From the NCBI RefSeq assembly GCF_963921235.1, contig NC_086109.1, positions 6,388,001-6,452,000 of the forward strand: DNA of 64,000 nt, read 5' to 3'. This document shows, in pieces, positions 26,328 to 39,492 of the stretch; the first letter of the stretch is position 1; each line of letters starts with the position of its first letter. A model generated the notes under the pieces. The model was not told the DNA's origin. It ran no database searches and saw nothing but the letters and a program-made list of their open reading frames with translations. This DNA is from Mobula hypostoma (lineage: Eukaryota). The position numbers and the translations under genes were made by a program.

Positions 26328-27430
26328 TTGATTGATTAAGAAGTTGCAGAACCTGGGCCTCTGTACCTCCCTCTGCAATTGGATCCCCGACTTCCTAACC
26401 GGAAGACCACAATCTGTGCAGGTTGGTGATAACATATCCTCCTCGCTGACGATCAACACTGATACACCTCAGGGGTGTGTGCTTAGCCCACTGCTCTACT
26501 CTCTATATACACATGACTGTGTGGCTAGGCATAGCTCAAATACCATTTAGAAATTTGCTAACGATACAACCACTGTTGGTGGAATCTCAGCTGGTGATAA
26601 GAGGCCGTACAGGAGTGAGATATGCCAACTAGTGGAGTGATGCCTCAGCAATAACCTGGCACTCAACATCAGTAAGACAAAGGAACTGATTGTGGACTTC
26701 GGGAAGGGTAAGACGAAGGAACACATCCTCATAGAGGGATCAGAAGTGGAGAGGGTGAGCAGTTTCAAGTTCCTGGGTGTCAAGATCTCTAAGGATCTAA
26801 CCTGGTCCCAACATATGATGTAGTTATAAAAAAGGCAAGACAGTGCCTATACTTCATGAGGAGGTTCAAGAGATTTGGCATGTCAACAAATACACTCAAA
26901 AACTTCTACAGATGTACTGTGCAGAGCATTCTGACAGGCTGCATAACTGTCTGGTATGGAGGGGCACAGGACCAAAAGAAGCTGCAGAGAGTTGAAGATC
27001 TAGTCAGCTCCATCTTGGGTACCAGCCTACAAAGTACTCGGGACATCTTCATGGAGCGGTGTCTCAGAAAGGCAGTGTCCATTATTAAGGACGTCCAGCA
27101 CCCAGGACATGCTCTTTTCTCACTGTTACCATCAGGTAGGAGATACAGAAGCCTGAAGGCAGACACTCAGTGACTCAGGAACAGCTTCTTCCCCTCTGCC
27201 ATCCGATTCCTAAATGGCCATTGAACCCTTGGACACTACCTCACTTATTTAAATACACAGCATTTCTGTTTTTTTGCTGTTTTTTTAATCTATTCAATAT
27301 ACACATACTGTAGTTGATTTACTTATGTATTTATTATTTATTTTTTCTCTCTTTTGTATTATATATTGCATTGAACTGCGGCTGCTAAGTTAACAAATTT
27401 CACGTCACATGCCGGTGATAATAAACCTGA
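26328..27430 (+). mobile_element. Rex1/Babar-type LINE, RT + C-terminal fragment
   Basis: [63 protein letters not shown]. Confidence 0.85.
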
Positions 27431-27604
27431 GGTACACAAGTACAGGTGTGCAAAGGTGCAATGCAAAACTTATTTGCAGCAGCATCACAGGCAGAGAGCA
27501 TCAGATAAGCAGCAGCACGATAAAACATGAATTAGTGACAAATTGTGTGCAGTTTTTTTACTAGTAAACAGAACAAGAACAAAGTTAAGTCCAAGGTGGT
27601 CAAG

Positions 27605-28072
27605 AGTCATACAGCACAGCAGCACAGAAACAAACCGTTCAGCCCATCTAGTCCCTGCTGAACTATTATTCTGCCTAGTCCCACCAACCTGCATCTGCAC
27701 TGTAGCCCTCTACATCCTTCCCATCCCCATGGACCGAACTTATCCAAACTTCTCTTAAATGTTGAAATTGAACCTACGTTCATCGCTTGCGCTGACAGGT
27801 TGTTCAATATCACACCACGCTCTGAGTGAAAAAGTTGTCCCTCAGGTTCCCCTGAGATAGAACTCTAGTTCCGGTCTCACACGACCTTAGTGGAGAAGCC
27901 TGCTTGCATTTTATCTGTCTATACCCACAAAGTTTTACATATCTCGATCAAATCTCCCCTCGTTCTCCTGCACTCCAGGGGAAAAAAAAGCCCTAACCCA
28001 TTCAATCTTTCCCTGTAACTTCTTTGTAAATTCCCAGCAACATCTTTGTAAATTTTTTTCTGTACTCTTTCA
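27605..28072 (-). mobile_element. CR1 3' fragment
   Basis: Similar to 53922-54400; SYRERLNGLGLF..ECRR.RGDLIE. Confidence 0.85.
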
Positions 28073-28074
28073 GT

Positions 28075-28450
28075 GGCGTGACAGGGTGGATACAGATTTC
28101 TACCGAAGGAGGTGTAAAGCACTCCTTTGCTCTGCCACCCTTGGGCAAGGGGCAGCAGCTGCTTAGCGCCACCCGCCCCCCGCCCCCCCCCCGCCCGGTC
28201 TGGGTCACGAAAAGCCATGGGGGCAGATGGTGGATGGTTGTATGAGCAGCTGGTGCATTTCACAAAAACCACTGACCACTGACTCCAGGCAGACGGTCTC
28301 TGAAGAGTATTGATAATGGCTGGGGTCACCCATCTTGTAAAGACCCTGCCCAGAAGAAAGCAAAGGCAAACCACTTCTGTAGAAAATTTTACCAAGAACA
28401 ACCATGGCCAAGACCACAATCGCCCGTGTCATACAACACATAATAATGGT
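28075..28450 (+). mobile_element. RTE-related short element with Bov-A-like tail (partial copy ~41990-42195, minus)
   Basis: gaagaaagcaaaggcaaaccacttctgta...ccatgg resembles the RTE/Bov-A motif; two copies in the window. Confidence 0.5.
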
Positions 28451-31009
28451 GATGATGGCTCTCCATCTTATAATAATTTGTTATGCCTGCAATCTACCAC
28501 TGTCACAAAGCAATGAACTTCATGGCATATGTCAATGATAATAAACTTAATTCTGATTCAGTACCTGTGATTCTTCAAAACAGTGCCATTGGATCTTGTC
28601 CATCTGGCTATCCGGGCCAGAGACTGGAGGTTGGAGCCCCGACGTCCACAAATCTGAGAGTCCAGGGCCGAGAACTGGAGGCCCGGAGGCAACCTGTCCT
28701 AGGCTTGGATTATGTGGGTATGGTGGGAAAGGGGCTAGTTTTCCTGTTGTAGTCTTGTTCTGTGATGCTGTTGGTTGTGTTGTTCTGCTGAACACTGTGG
28801 GCATGCTATGTTGGTGTCAGAATGTACGGCGACACTTGTGGGCCGCCCCCAGCACACACTTGTTGTGTTGGTTGTTGACGCAAACGACGTATTTCACTGG
28901 ATGCTTTGGTGTACATGTGATAAACAAATCGGAATCCGAAGTAGGAAAGCAGACTGAGGTTTGGTTTCTCGTTTCATCTGAAGCCTTCCCTCAGGACTGA
29001 ACTATGTTTTAGAGCTTGTGTCTCTGACACTGACAGGTCAGGGATTTAAGTCTGGCCCGGAAAGTGCTGCAGTAAGGACTTTTGTCACCGTACATGATAA
29101 TATACGAGGTGCGCGGCTCAGATACAGGGAGTGCTGACCTATTAACACTGCACTAATGTCAATGCTGCTTTGCAGAAGTTCGGGTTATTGTGCCCTTAAT
29201 GAGAGAAAACGGTAGAAAATGTGTTTAAAGTTCAATGTAAATTTATTATCAAAGTTCTTATATGTCACTGTATACTCCCATCTTGAGATTTATAATCTAG
29301 CAGGCATTTACAATAAAACGAAGAACTACAATAGAATCAATGAAAATCTGTAGACAAGCAAAGACTCACCATCAAATCAATTGCAAAGTAAGACAAACTG
29401 TTTTAAATTAATGAATTAATGAATCGACAGATAGATAACACTGAGGACATAAATTGCAGAGTCCTTGAAAGTGAGTCTGGAGGTTGTGGAATCAGTTCAG
29501 ATTTGAGGTGAGTGAAGTTATCCGTGTCGGTGCAGGAGCCTGATGGATGAAGGGTAATAACTGTCCTTAAACGGAGTGGTGTGAGACCCAAGGCTCCTGT
29601 AGCTCCTGCCTGATGGCAGCAGTGAGAAAAGAGCATTGCCTGGATAGTGGATGCTGCGCTCCTTGTCGATATGCTCAATATTGAGGGCCTTTCTTGATGG
29701 GTTCGGCTGCCTCCACCACCTTTTGTATGTTTTTCCATATTTGGGCATTGAAGGTTACATGCCAGGCCATGATGCAAGCAGTCAGGGAAACACCAGCAAG
29801 TGGCAGGGAGCACAGGGGAATTAAGAAGTAGAGATTCAGATTTATTTATCACGTGTAAATTGAAACATACAGTGAAATGCATCGTTTTGCATTAATGGCC
29901 AACACAACCGAGGCTGTGAAAGGGAGCAACCCACAACTGTCACCACACGTTCCAGCGCCAACACAGCATGTCCACCATGCTCAGCAAAACAGAGCACAAC
30001 CAGTGACAAAGCAACAACCGCAAAACAAGCCCCGTTCCTCCCTCCCACCTAAAATGAAAAACAAATAAAGAAAATGAAAGGGGAAGACAAAGGGACATGC
30101 CAGTCCTCATCAAGGGACTAGAAGTGGAAGGTGTGAGCAGTTTCAAGTTCCTGGATGTCAACGTCTCTGAAGATTTACCCTGGGCCCAACAATTACAAAG
30201 AAGGCACATCAGCAGCTATATCTTTCATTAGGAGTTTCAGGAGATTTGGTATGTCACAAAAAGACACCAAAATCCTACAGATATACCGTGGAGAGCATTG
30301 TAAATGACTGCATCACCGTCTGGTATGGGGCTACTGCACAGGATTGAACTAAGCTGCAGAGAGTTGGTTTTGGGGGTGGGGGGGAGCACTGCATTCGCCA
30401 CAGGTGCTCTGGAAGCCAAGTCTTTATGTATATTTCAGGCAGAGGTTTATAGATTCTTGATTGGTCAGGGCATGAAAGGATACAGGGAGGAGGCAGGACA
30501 CTGGGGCTGAGAGAATTGGATCAGCCATGATGAAATGGCGGAGCAGACTCGATGAGCCAAATGGCCTAATTCTGCTCTTATATCTTATGGTCTTATGATG
30601 TTATAAGATCGAAATAAGCTGCAGAAAGTTGTGAACTCAGTCAGCGCCGTCATGGGCACCAGCCTCCCCAGCATCCAGGACATCTTCAAGGACCAATAAC
30701 TCGAAAAGGCGGCATCCATCATTAACGACCGCTGTAACCCAGGTCATGCCCTCTTCTCGTTGCTACCATCAGGGAGGAGGTACCAGAGCCTTAAGGCACA
30801 CACTCAACGATTCAGGAACAGCTTCTTCCCCTCTGCCATCAGATTTTTGAATGAACATTGAACCCATGAACACTACCCCACTACCTTTTTTTCTCTTTTT
30901 GCACTACTTATTTAATTCAACTTTATAAAATACTGTATACATACTTCTTACTGTAATTTACAGTTCTGTTTATTTTGTATTGCAATGCACTGCTGCCATG
31001 TGACCATAA

Positions 31010-32870
31010 GACTATAAGACATAGGAGCAGAATTAGGTCATTCAGCCCATCGAGTCAGCTCCACCATTGGCTGATCAACACTCACAACACGCTGGAGGAA
31101 CTCAGCAGGTTGGGCGGTATCCGTGGAAATGATCAGTCGATGTTGCAGGCCGGAACCCTTCGTCAGGACTGTAGAGGGAAGGGGCAGAGGCCCTATAAAG
31201 AAGGTGGGGGGAGGGTGGGAAGGAGAAGGCTGGTAGGTTCCAGGTGAAAAACCAGTAAGGGAAAAGATAAAGGGGTGGAGAGGGGAAGCGGGGAGGTGAT
31301 AGGCAGGAAAGGTGAAGAAAGAATAGGGGAAAACACAATGGGTAGTAGAAGGAGATGGAACCATGAGGGAGGTGATAGGCAGCTGGGGGAGGGGGCAGAG
31401 TGAAATAGGGATAGAGGAAGGGAGGGGGAGGGAATTACCGGAAGTTGGAGAATTCTATATTCATACCAAGGGGCTGGAGACTACCTAGACGGTATATGAG
31501 GTGTTGCTCCTCCAACCTGAGTTTAGCCTCATCATGGCAGTGGAAGAGGCCATGTATGGACATATCTGAATGGGAATGGGAAGCAGAGTTGAAGTGGGTG
31601 GCTACTAGGAGATCCTGTCTGTTGTGGAAGATGGAGCGGAGGTGCTCGACAAAGCGGTCCCCCAATCTGCATTGGGATTCCCCTATCCCTATGTCACTCT
31701 GCCCCCTCCCCCAGCTGCCTATCACCTCCCTCATGGTTCTGCCTCCTTCTACTACCTATTGTGTTTTCCCCTATTCTTTCTTCACCTTTCCTGTTTATCA
31801 CCTCCCTGCCTCCCCTCCCCCACCCCTTTATCTTTCCCCTTACTGGTTTTTCACCTGGAACCTACCAGCCTTCTCCTTCCCACCCTCCCCCCACCTTCAT
31901 TATAGGGCTTCTGCCCCTTCCCTCTACAGTCCTGACAAAGGGTTCCAGCCCGAAACATCAACCGATCGTTTCCACGGATGCTGCCTGACCTGCTGAGTTC
32001 CTCCAGCGTGTTGTGAGTGTTGCTTTGACCCCAGCATCTGCAGATTATTTTGTGTAATCATGGCTGGTCATTTTTTCCCTACTTAGCCCCACTACCCGGC
32101 CTTCTCCCTGTAACCTTTGATGCTGTGTCCAATCAAGAACCTATTAACCTCTGCCATAAATACACCCAACGACCTGGCCTCCACAGCTGCATGTGGTAAC
32201 ACAGTGCAAAAATTCACCACCCTCTGGCTAAAGAAATTTTGCCGCATCTCTGTTTTGAATGGACGCCCCTCTATCCTGAGGTTGTGCCCTCTTGTCCTAC
32301 ATTCCCCCACCATGGGAAACATCATTTCCATATCTACTCTAACTAAGCCTTTCAACATTCAAAAGGTTTCAATGAGACACCCCCCTCATCCTTCTAAATT
32401 CCAGCAAGTACAGACCCAGAACCGTCAAACTTTCCTCGTATGATAACCCTTTCATTCCTGTAATCATCCTCCTGAACCACCTCTGGACTCTCTCCAATGC
32501 CTGCAACTTTTAGATAAGAGGCCCAAAACTGTTCACAATACTCAAGGTGAGGCCTCAACAGTGACTTATAAAGCATCACATCCCTGCTCTTGTACTCTAG
32601 ACCTCTTGAAATGAATGCTAACATGGCATTTGCCTTCCTCGCCACTGACTCAGCCTGCAAGTTAACCTTTAGGGTGTTCTGCACAAGAACTCACAAGTCC
32701 CTTTGTATCTCAGATTTTTGGATATTCTCCCCGTTTAGAAAATAGACTGCACATTTATTTCTACTACCAAAGTGCATGACCATGCATTTTCCAACTTTGC
32801 ATTTCATTTGCCACTTCCTTGCCCATTCTCCTAATCTGCCTAAGTCCTTCTGTAGCCGTCCTATTTCCTC
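31010..32870 (-). mobile_element. CR1 3' fragment split by the PLE insertion (tail ~31010-31075, body ~32056-32870)
   Basis: ORFs 32092..32358, 32394..32684 and 32691..32891 give CR1 ORF2 C-terminal motifs; 3'UTR continues across the PLE. Confidence 0.88.
31078..32055. mobile_element. Penelope-like element fragment with inverted pseudo-LTRs
   Basis: 31078-31677 is nearly identical to 48030-48625; ~31678-32020 is the reverse complement of ~31078-31420. Confidence 0.9.
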
Positions 32871-33084
32871 AACTCTGCTCAATAACAACAAATAACAACA
32901 ACACCCAACTCCTCAGCAACAACAAATTTCATGACATTTGCCGATTCTATTTCTGATTCTGAACTTGGGGGGGAGGCATAAAGAATGTGAGACAGGAGAG
33001 TAATATAAACTGTTTCAAATACAAAACGCTAGCAACGTGAGTTCTTCTAGCACTTGTCTTCTTGTCCCTCCGTGCACTGCAGCC

Positions 33085-33765
33085 AATATGATCCTGCACC
33101 TGAAATGAATCCAGTCGTCCCAGTGCCGCCTCCCCCGCATCGCTGAGACCTAACGTAAGTTTGGGCACCACTTGGTCGAGCACTTTTGTTGATCTGTAGC
33201 AGGCAGGATTTCCTGGTGGCCAGACATTTTAACTCCAGTCCCTATTCCCATTCCGATATGTCAGTCCATGGCCTCCTCTCCTGTCACAATAAGACCACAC
33301 TCAGGTTGGAGGAGCAACATCACTGGGTAGCCTCCAACCAGATGGCATGAACATCGATTTCTCCAACATCTGGCAATTTCTCCTACTTCTCCCTTCTTCC
33401 ATTCCCCACTCAGGTTCACCTCAGCTCTCTCTGGTGGCCCTCCTCCTTCCCCTTCTCACATGGTCCACTCTCCTCTCCCATCAGATACTTTCTTCTCCAG
33501 CCTTTTCCCACCTATCTCCTCCCAGCGTCTTGCCATTCCCCCTTCCCTCGCCTGGCTTCACCTATTGCTTTCTAGCTTGGACTGCTTCCCTTCCCCCACC
33601 TTATAATTCTGGCTTTTTCCTCCTTCCTTTCCAGTCCTGATGAAGGATCTAGGCAAGAAACATCGACTCCTTAATCCTCTCCATAGACGCTGCCTGACTT
33701 GCTGTGTTCCTCCAGCATTCTATGTGTGTTGCTCTGGATTTCCAGCATCTGCAGAGTCTCCAGTA
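33085..33765 (+). mobile_element. Degenerate Penelope-like 3' fragment (GIY-YIG end + pLTR)
   Basis: Homologous to the reverse complement of 48030-48680; CTGATGA..GAAA motif at ~33632-33669. Confidence 0.8.
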
Positions 33766-33964
33766 TTTACCGGAATCGCTGGGAGTGCCCCTGGGTCAGA
33801 AAGGAAGAGGTGGGTGGGCAATGCAACCACATCTGGAGGCGAGATTCACAGCAGCAGAGGAAGAACTTTCACGAAGTCACTCGTCTGGCCATGGTGTCCT
33901 GACCTTTATAGCTGGGGCTGACGTTCAATCTCACAACAGACAGAACCTATAGCAGTAACACAGC

Positions 33965-34228
33965 TCGGCACACACCCACACTCACCCTCACGCACCCAAT
34001 CACATCACAGCTGAACTTACAACAACACATCAGTAAAGCCACAACTGAACTCACACACACTCACACCGAACACCCACTCATGTCACAACTAAATTTAGAT
34101 CCACACATCAATAAAGCCACAACTGAACTCACACACACTAACATACCCAATCACGTCACAGCTGAATTTACATCCACACACTAGTCCTACCCCACCCCCT
34201 GCCCAAATACACACACACACACACACAA
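33965..34228. repeat. CA-rich degenerate tandem repeat ending in (CA)n
   Basis: cacatca.taaagccacaactgaactcacacacact occurs twice; cacccaatcac.tcacagctgaa repeats. Confidence 0.7.
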
Positions 34229-34919
34229 AATGATGGAGGATCTCAGCAGGTCAGGTAGTATCTAGAGAGAAGAATAAACGATCAAAGTTTTGGGTCAAGA
34301 TCCTCCATCAGGACTAGAAAGGAAGGGGGCAGAAGCCAGAATGAGAAGGTGGGGAAGAAGAGTTAAGTCTCTTTTGCATACCTTGTCATCGTGGCTAAAT
34401 ATCACCATCACCATATCACAATCAGGTTTAATATCACTGGCATATGTCATGAAATTTATTAAATTAGCGACAGCAGTACAATGCAATACATGATAATATA
34501 GACAAATAAATAAATAAATACATCAATACAGTAAGTATATGTATGTATATTAAATAGTTAAATTTTTTAAAAGTGCAAAAACAGAAATAATATTTTAAAA
34601 AGTGAGGTAGTGCTCGTGGGTTCAATTTCCATTTAGGAATCAGATGACAAAGGGGAAGAAGCTGTTCCTGAATCGTTGAACATGAGCCTTCAGGCTTTTG
34701 TCCCTCCGCCCTGAGATCCAAAACTAGAGGACATCCATTTAAGATGAGTGGAGAAGTTAGAGGTAGGTTTTTTCACACAGAGAGTGGTGGGAGTGTGAAA
34801 CGCGCTGCCAAGGATGGTGCTGGAGGCAGATACATTTACGAGACATGGACTACAGAAAGTGGAGTGTTATGGGTTATGTAGGGGAAGTGTTAGATTGATC
34901 GTGGAGTAGGTTTATACTT

Positions 34920-35340
34920 TATATTTTACTTTATGTTCGCCAAACAATTGATACTAGAACGTACAATCATCACAGCGATATTTGATTCTGCGCTTCCCGC
35001 TCCCTGGAGTACAAATCAATAGTAAATAGTAAAAATTTAAATTATAAATCATAAATAGAAAATAGAAAAGGGAAAGTAAGGTAGTGCAAAAAAACCGAGA
35101 GGCAGGTCCGGATATTTGGAGGGTACGGCCCAGATCCGGGTCAGGATCCGTTCAGCAGTCTTATCACAGTTGGAAAGAAGCTGTTCCCAAATCTGGCCGT
35201 ACGAGTCTTCAAGCTCCTGAGCCTTCTCCCGGAGGGAAGAGGGACGAAAAGTGTGTTGGCTGGGTGGGCCGTGTCCTTGATTATCCTGGCAGCACTGCTC
35301 CGACAGCGTGCGGTGTAAAGTGAGTCCAAGGACGGAAGTT
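34920..35340 (-). mobile_element. Rex1/Babar-type LINE 3' fragment (same subfamily as 12277)
   Basis: Near-identical reverse complement of 12470-12890. Confidence 0.8.
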
Positions 35341-37014
35341 TGATGAAGTGGCCACTAAGTATATTTTTGCAAATTGTCAATAAAATTTAATACCATGAGA
35401 AAATGTAAAAGACATTTTTAAAACAAAATACTGTACTTACATAACCACATGAAGCTGTGCTTCAGAAATCAGGTATTTTACTCAATATTTCTGTTCTAGA
35501 TGAAGAAGTATAAATCTTAAAACCCCTGAGAATTTAATGTACAACCTGGTTCTCTGAGAGAGGAAGCAATATTTGTCAGGTTTTCTCTCCTGGAGAAATA
35601 AACGTCCAGGTGTTTGAGATATTGTGGAGGCTAAACCATTATATTTTGCTGCCTGTTAAATTATTAATGTGTGTCAATATTTTTTAAGTGTTTTTATAGA
35701 AAAAAGACAACTTCTGTCATTTTGCCAAATCACTAAATGGCAATGCATGTCATCATCAAAGTGTCTTCCACTAAAAATCTACTAATTCCAAACCCCCGTT
35801 TGTTTCAATCATAAGCCTGTTTCTCTGCTGAGCGACATGCAGTTATGAAGGCGTGATGAATATATACTTCAAAGAAGGTCTGTACATAACGATGGACAGG
35901 CAGTTCCTTATCTAGCAGAACAGAAATGGTTCACGTGCTCCTTACATCTGCAAGGCTGAACATCAGTCGGTCATTGTCGTTGTAGACTTTCAAAGCTTCA
36001 GGATGATGGTTTACAAATGTGCTTTGATTCAAAATCAGGTTTAACATCACTGGCATATGTTGTGAAAAAGTATATATAAAATAAAGCCCTCTCTTGGTTG
36101 GGGTCAACCATGGATATTGTGTTCCAGCTGTTTACAAAATACACAAGCCAGGGCTGTACAAAATGGAGAGCAAGCTGTTGCCCATACATCAGGCTCCCCC
36201 TCTCCACGCAGCTGATGAATCCAAAGGAACACTCGAGACCAATACAGTTTGGCACCAGCGGCGTCACAGGAGTTGCCGGTCTGCGTTGAACTCGAAGTTG
36301 GACTGCCTTAAGGAATCCAGCTCTGGATTTTTTCTGGGGGCTTACTCCCAAAGCCTCCCCCATGAGTGGGTATAGCCGCAAGGCAGCGAGGGTTTCCGAT
36401 CAGAGTTCTTCTCCTCGATGAGCTGCCACCCGTGGCTAACAAATCCCAACTGCCCGAAGCAACAGATTTTAAGGCACCTTCGCCCCTTCTCCCTGTCAGT
36501 CGAAACTGTTCCTCCAGACTTAGTAGCCAAGCCACACGTGAAGACCAGGAGCTGGACTTGGCTGTCAGAGGCTTTTTGAGACACACACACATTGGGAGCA
36601 TTTAATAGGTCATCATTGTTCCCATTAATAGGTCTCATTGTTACAATCAGGAAGGAGGTTCAGGAGCCTGAAGGCACACTGTCAATGACTGAGGAACAGC
36701 TTCTTCCCCTCTGCCATCCAATGTCTGAATGAACATTGAACCCATGAACAATACTTCACTACTTTTTTTATTTCTGTTTTTTTTGCACTATTCATTTTAA
36801 CTTAACTATTTAATAGACATATATACATACTTACTGTAATTTATATTTTCTTCTCTATATTTATTTATCGTCTATTTCAATGACTGCTGCCATAAAGTTA
36901 GCAAATTTCAACCTGATCAAAGTGGTCATAAGTATCAAAGGAAAATCTCCATCTTATGCACTTTTAAAACATTAAGGATGAAGATTATGAGATAAACACT
37001 GGACACTCACTCCT

Positions 37015-37325
37015 CCTTGCCCGTTACACCACTGGTGTCTAAGGTATCAATGAAGGTCCTCCATCTCTGGCAATGTTCAGGGCTTCCTTCATCATGTCAG
37101 TAGCTTCCTCTCAGTTTTCACTACTCTCAGTCATGTAAGCCCCCGGTGGAGACTCAGGAATACCGTTGCACTCAGATGTAGAAGGATTCTTCATTGCTGC
37201 TTCTGTAATAATTTTGTTTAACTATTCGGGGTTGTTAGCCCTGAGCTGAACCTCCTAACCTGGAGGACTGGTGGATCAATCTTAGTCTGGCCTCTGCCCT
37301 TTGAACTGTTTGGCATGGGTGATCC
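37015..37325 (-). mobile_element. Bipartite non-autonomous RTE-like element (second copy ~14345-14635, plus)
   Basis: TCCTCCAGGTT...GGGCTAACAACCC (RTE 5'UTR-like, from memory) joined to AGATGGAGGACCTTCATTG (RTE 3'-end-like); two copies in the window. Confidence 0.55.
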
Positions 37326-37384
37326 TACCGAGATCCCTGGCCCATAAACTCCGAGAAAGAAGCAAGACAAGTGCTACACCTGCC

Positions 37385-38670
37385 CCTACAAAGTTCAAAG
37401 TTCAAAGGTTCAATTAATATCAGAGAATGTGTGCAGTATTTGGCCTGTCCCCTAAAACCCTCACTAACTTTTATAGATGCACCGTAGAAAGCATTCTTCT
37501 CGGGTGCATCACAACCTGGTATGGAAGTTGTCCTGTCCAAGACTGGAAGAAGCTGCAGAAGATCGTGAACACGGCGCAGCACATCACACAAACCAATCTT
37601 CCATCCACTTTACACCGCACGTTGTCGGAGCAGTGCCACTATGATAATCAAGGACACGACCCACCCAGCCAACACATTTTTCGTCCCTCTTCCCTCCGGG
37701 AGAAGGCTCAGGAGCTTGAAGACTCGTACGGCCAGATTTGGGAACAGCTTCTTTCCAACTGTGATAAGACTGCTGAACGGATCCTGACCCGGATCTGGGC
37801 CGTACCCTCCAAATATCCGGACCTGCCTCTCGGTTTTTTGCACTACCTTACTTTCCCTTTTCTATTTTCTATTTATGATTTATAATTTAAATTTTTAATA
37901 AATTTACTATCGATTTGTAATCCAGGGAGCGAGAAGCGCAGAATCAAATATTGCTGTGATGATTGTACGTTCTAGTATCAATTGTTTGGCAACAATAAAG
38001 TATAAGGTATAAGTACACAATCTGGAATTTGCACTCTTTACAGACATCCACGAAACAAGAGGAAACGTTGAAGCCCCAGAAACCCCCCTCCCCACCCTTC
38101 ACACAAGCAACAGCAAAAGCATCAACCCCCTTCCCCCCCCCATTCACAGCAACAGAAGCATTGACTCCACCCCCACCAGGCAAGAAACAGCAGAAGCTCC
38201 CCAGAGAGACTTTGATCCGGAGTCCAGAGTCCATTAAAACTATAGTCCACAACCCTGCACTCTGGTATCTCAGACAGGCTCTCACTCTCCATCAGAAGGG
38301 GCGGGGGGGAATCGCTCAGGTACAGGGACCTTCTTCCAACCGCAGCCGGCGATTAGCAGACACACTCGACGTTTCAGTCTCCCCGACCCTTCAGTCAGCG
38401 CAGTCTGTGAGGAACTAGGTCATCCACAGGGCTGCTCCCTGAGGCCGCACTTCTTCCAGGCCGCTCCTGGAGACAGCGAAGCACTGCCGTCACACGGCCA
38501 GTCCGAAAAGCTGCCGCTCGCAAAGAACTGTAGTTTGAACTGTGGGTCAATGACTCTGGGAGAGCCCCAAACACACTGAAAAGAAAGACGTAAGAGAAGA
38601 AGAGTAAGCTGTTTTGTTATGAACTGGAAGAAGCTGCTTGGATCTGCAAAAAGGGCTGGCACCATCTTTC
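37385..38670 (-). mobile_element. Non-autonomous retroposon (AAGATGG head at ~38669, (TTTGAAC)n tail at ~37390), split by the 37438 LINE fragment
   Basis: Head and tail flank the Rex/Babar copy; the whole unit interrupts a PLE. Confidence 0.55.
37438..38010 (+). mobile_element. Rex1/Babar-type LINE 3' fragment (same subfamily as 12277)
   Basis: FGLSPKTLTNFYRCTVESILLGCITTWYG; near-identical to 12310-12890. Confidence 0.82.
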
Positions 38671-39492
38671 CTCACTCCTCCCTCCTTGCCACACCACCAT
38701 TTAGGGCCCCAAACAATTCTTCCAGTTGAGGCAAAACTTCACCTGCGAGTCTGTTGGAGTCATCTACTTTATCTGGTGCTCCCAGTGCAGCCCCCTGTAC
38801 ATTGGTGAGACGGGACGTAGACTGGGGAAACTGCTTCGTCGAGCACCTTCACCAGGTCCGCTGCAAAATGCAGGAATTCCTGGTGATCAACCGTTTCAAT
38901 TTCACGTCCCGTTCCAACATGTTGGTCCACAGCCTCCTCTCCCACCACAATGAGGCCACCCTCAGGTTAATGGACTATTGCTCATATTCCATCTGGGTAG
39001 CTCCAACCTGATGGCATGAACATTGATTTCTCCAATTTCCCGTCCCTTCTGTTTTTCCATTCCACATTCTGGTTTCCCTCTCATCCTTCCTTTCTTCCTC
39101 ATCTGCCCATCACCTCCCTTTGGGTCCCCGCCCCCTTTCCTTTCTCCTATGGTCCACTCTCCTCTGCTATCCAATTCCTTCTTCTTCAGCCCTTTACCCC
39201 TTCCACCTATCACCTCCCAGCTTTTCACTTCACTCCCTCTCCCTCACCCACTCACCTACCGTTTCCCCTGGTCTCTCACCTATCTCCTTCCAGTAGCCTG
39301 AACTCCTTCCCTTCCCCCACCTTGTTATCCTGACTTCTGGTCCCTTCCATTCCCGTCCTGACGAAGGGTCACAGCCTGAAACGCTGACTCTTTATTCCTC
39401 TCCATAGATGCTGCCTGACCTGTCCAGTTGCTCCAGCACTTTGTGTGTGTGTCGCTCCAGATTACCATCTTCTACAGAATCTCTCATGTTTA
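38670..39492 (+). mobile_element. Degenerate Penelope-like 3' fragment (GIY-YIG + pLTR)
   Basis: Translates to FTCESVGVIYFIWCSQCSPLYIGETGRRLG; pLTR with hammerhead motif at 39353-39390; upstream part (CYTCPY) separated to ~37335-37390. Confidence 0.85.

Noticed and set aside
36500..36580. HDV-like ribozyme in the unclassified repeat head
   Set aside because: Could not build a consistent nested double-pseudoknot pairing by eye
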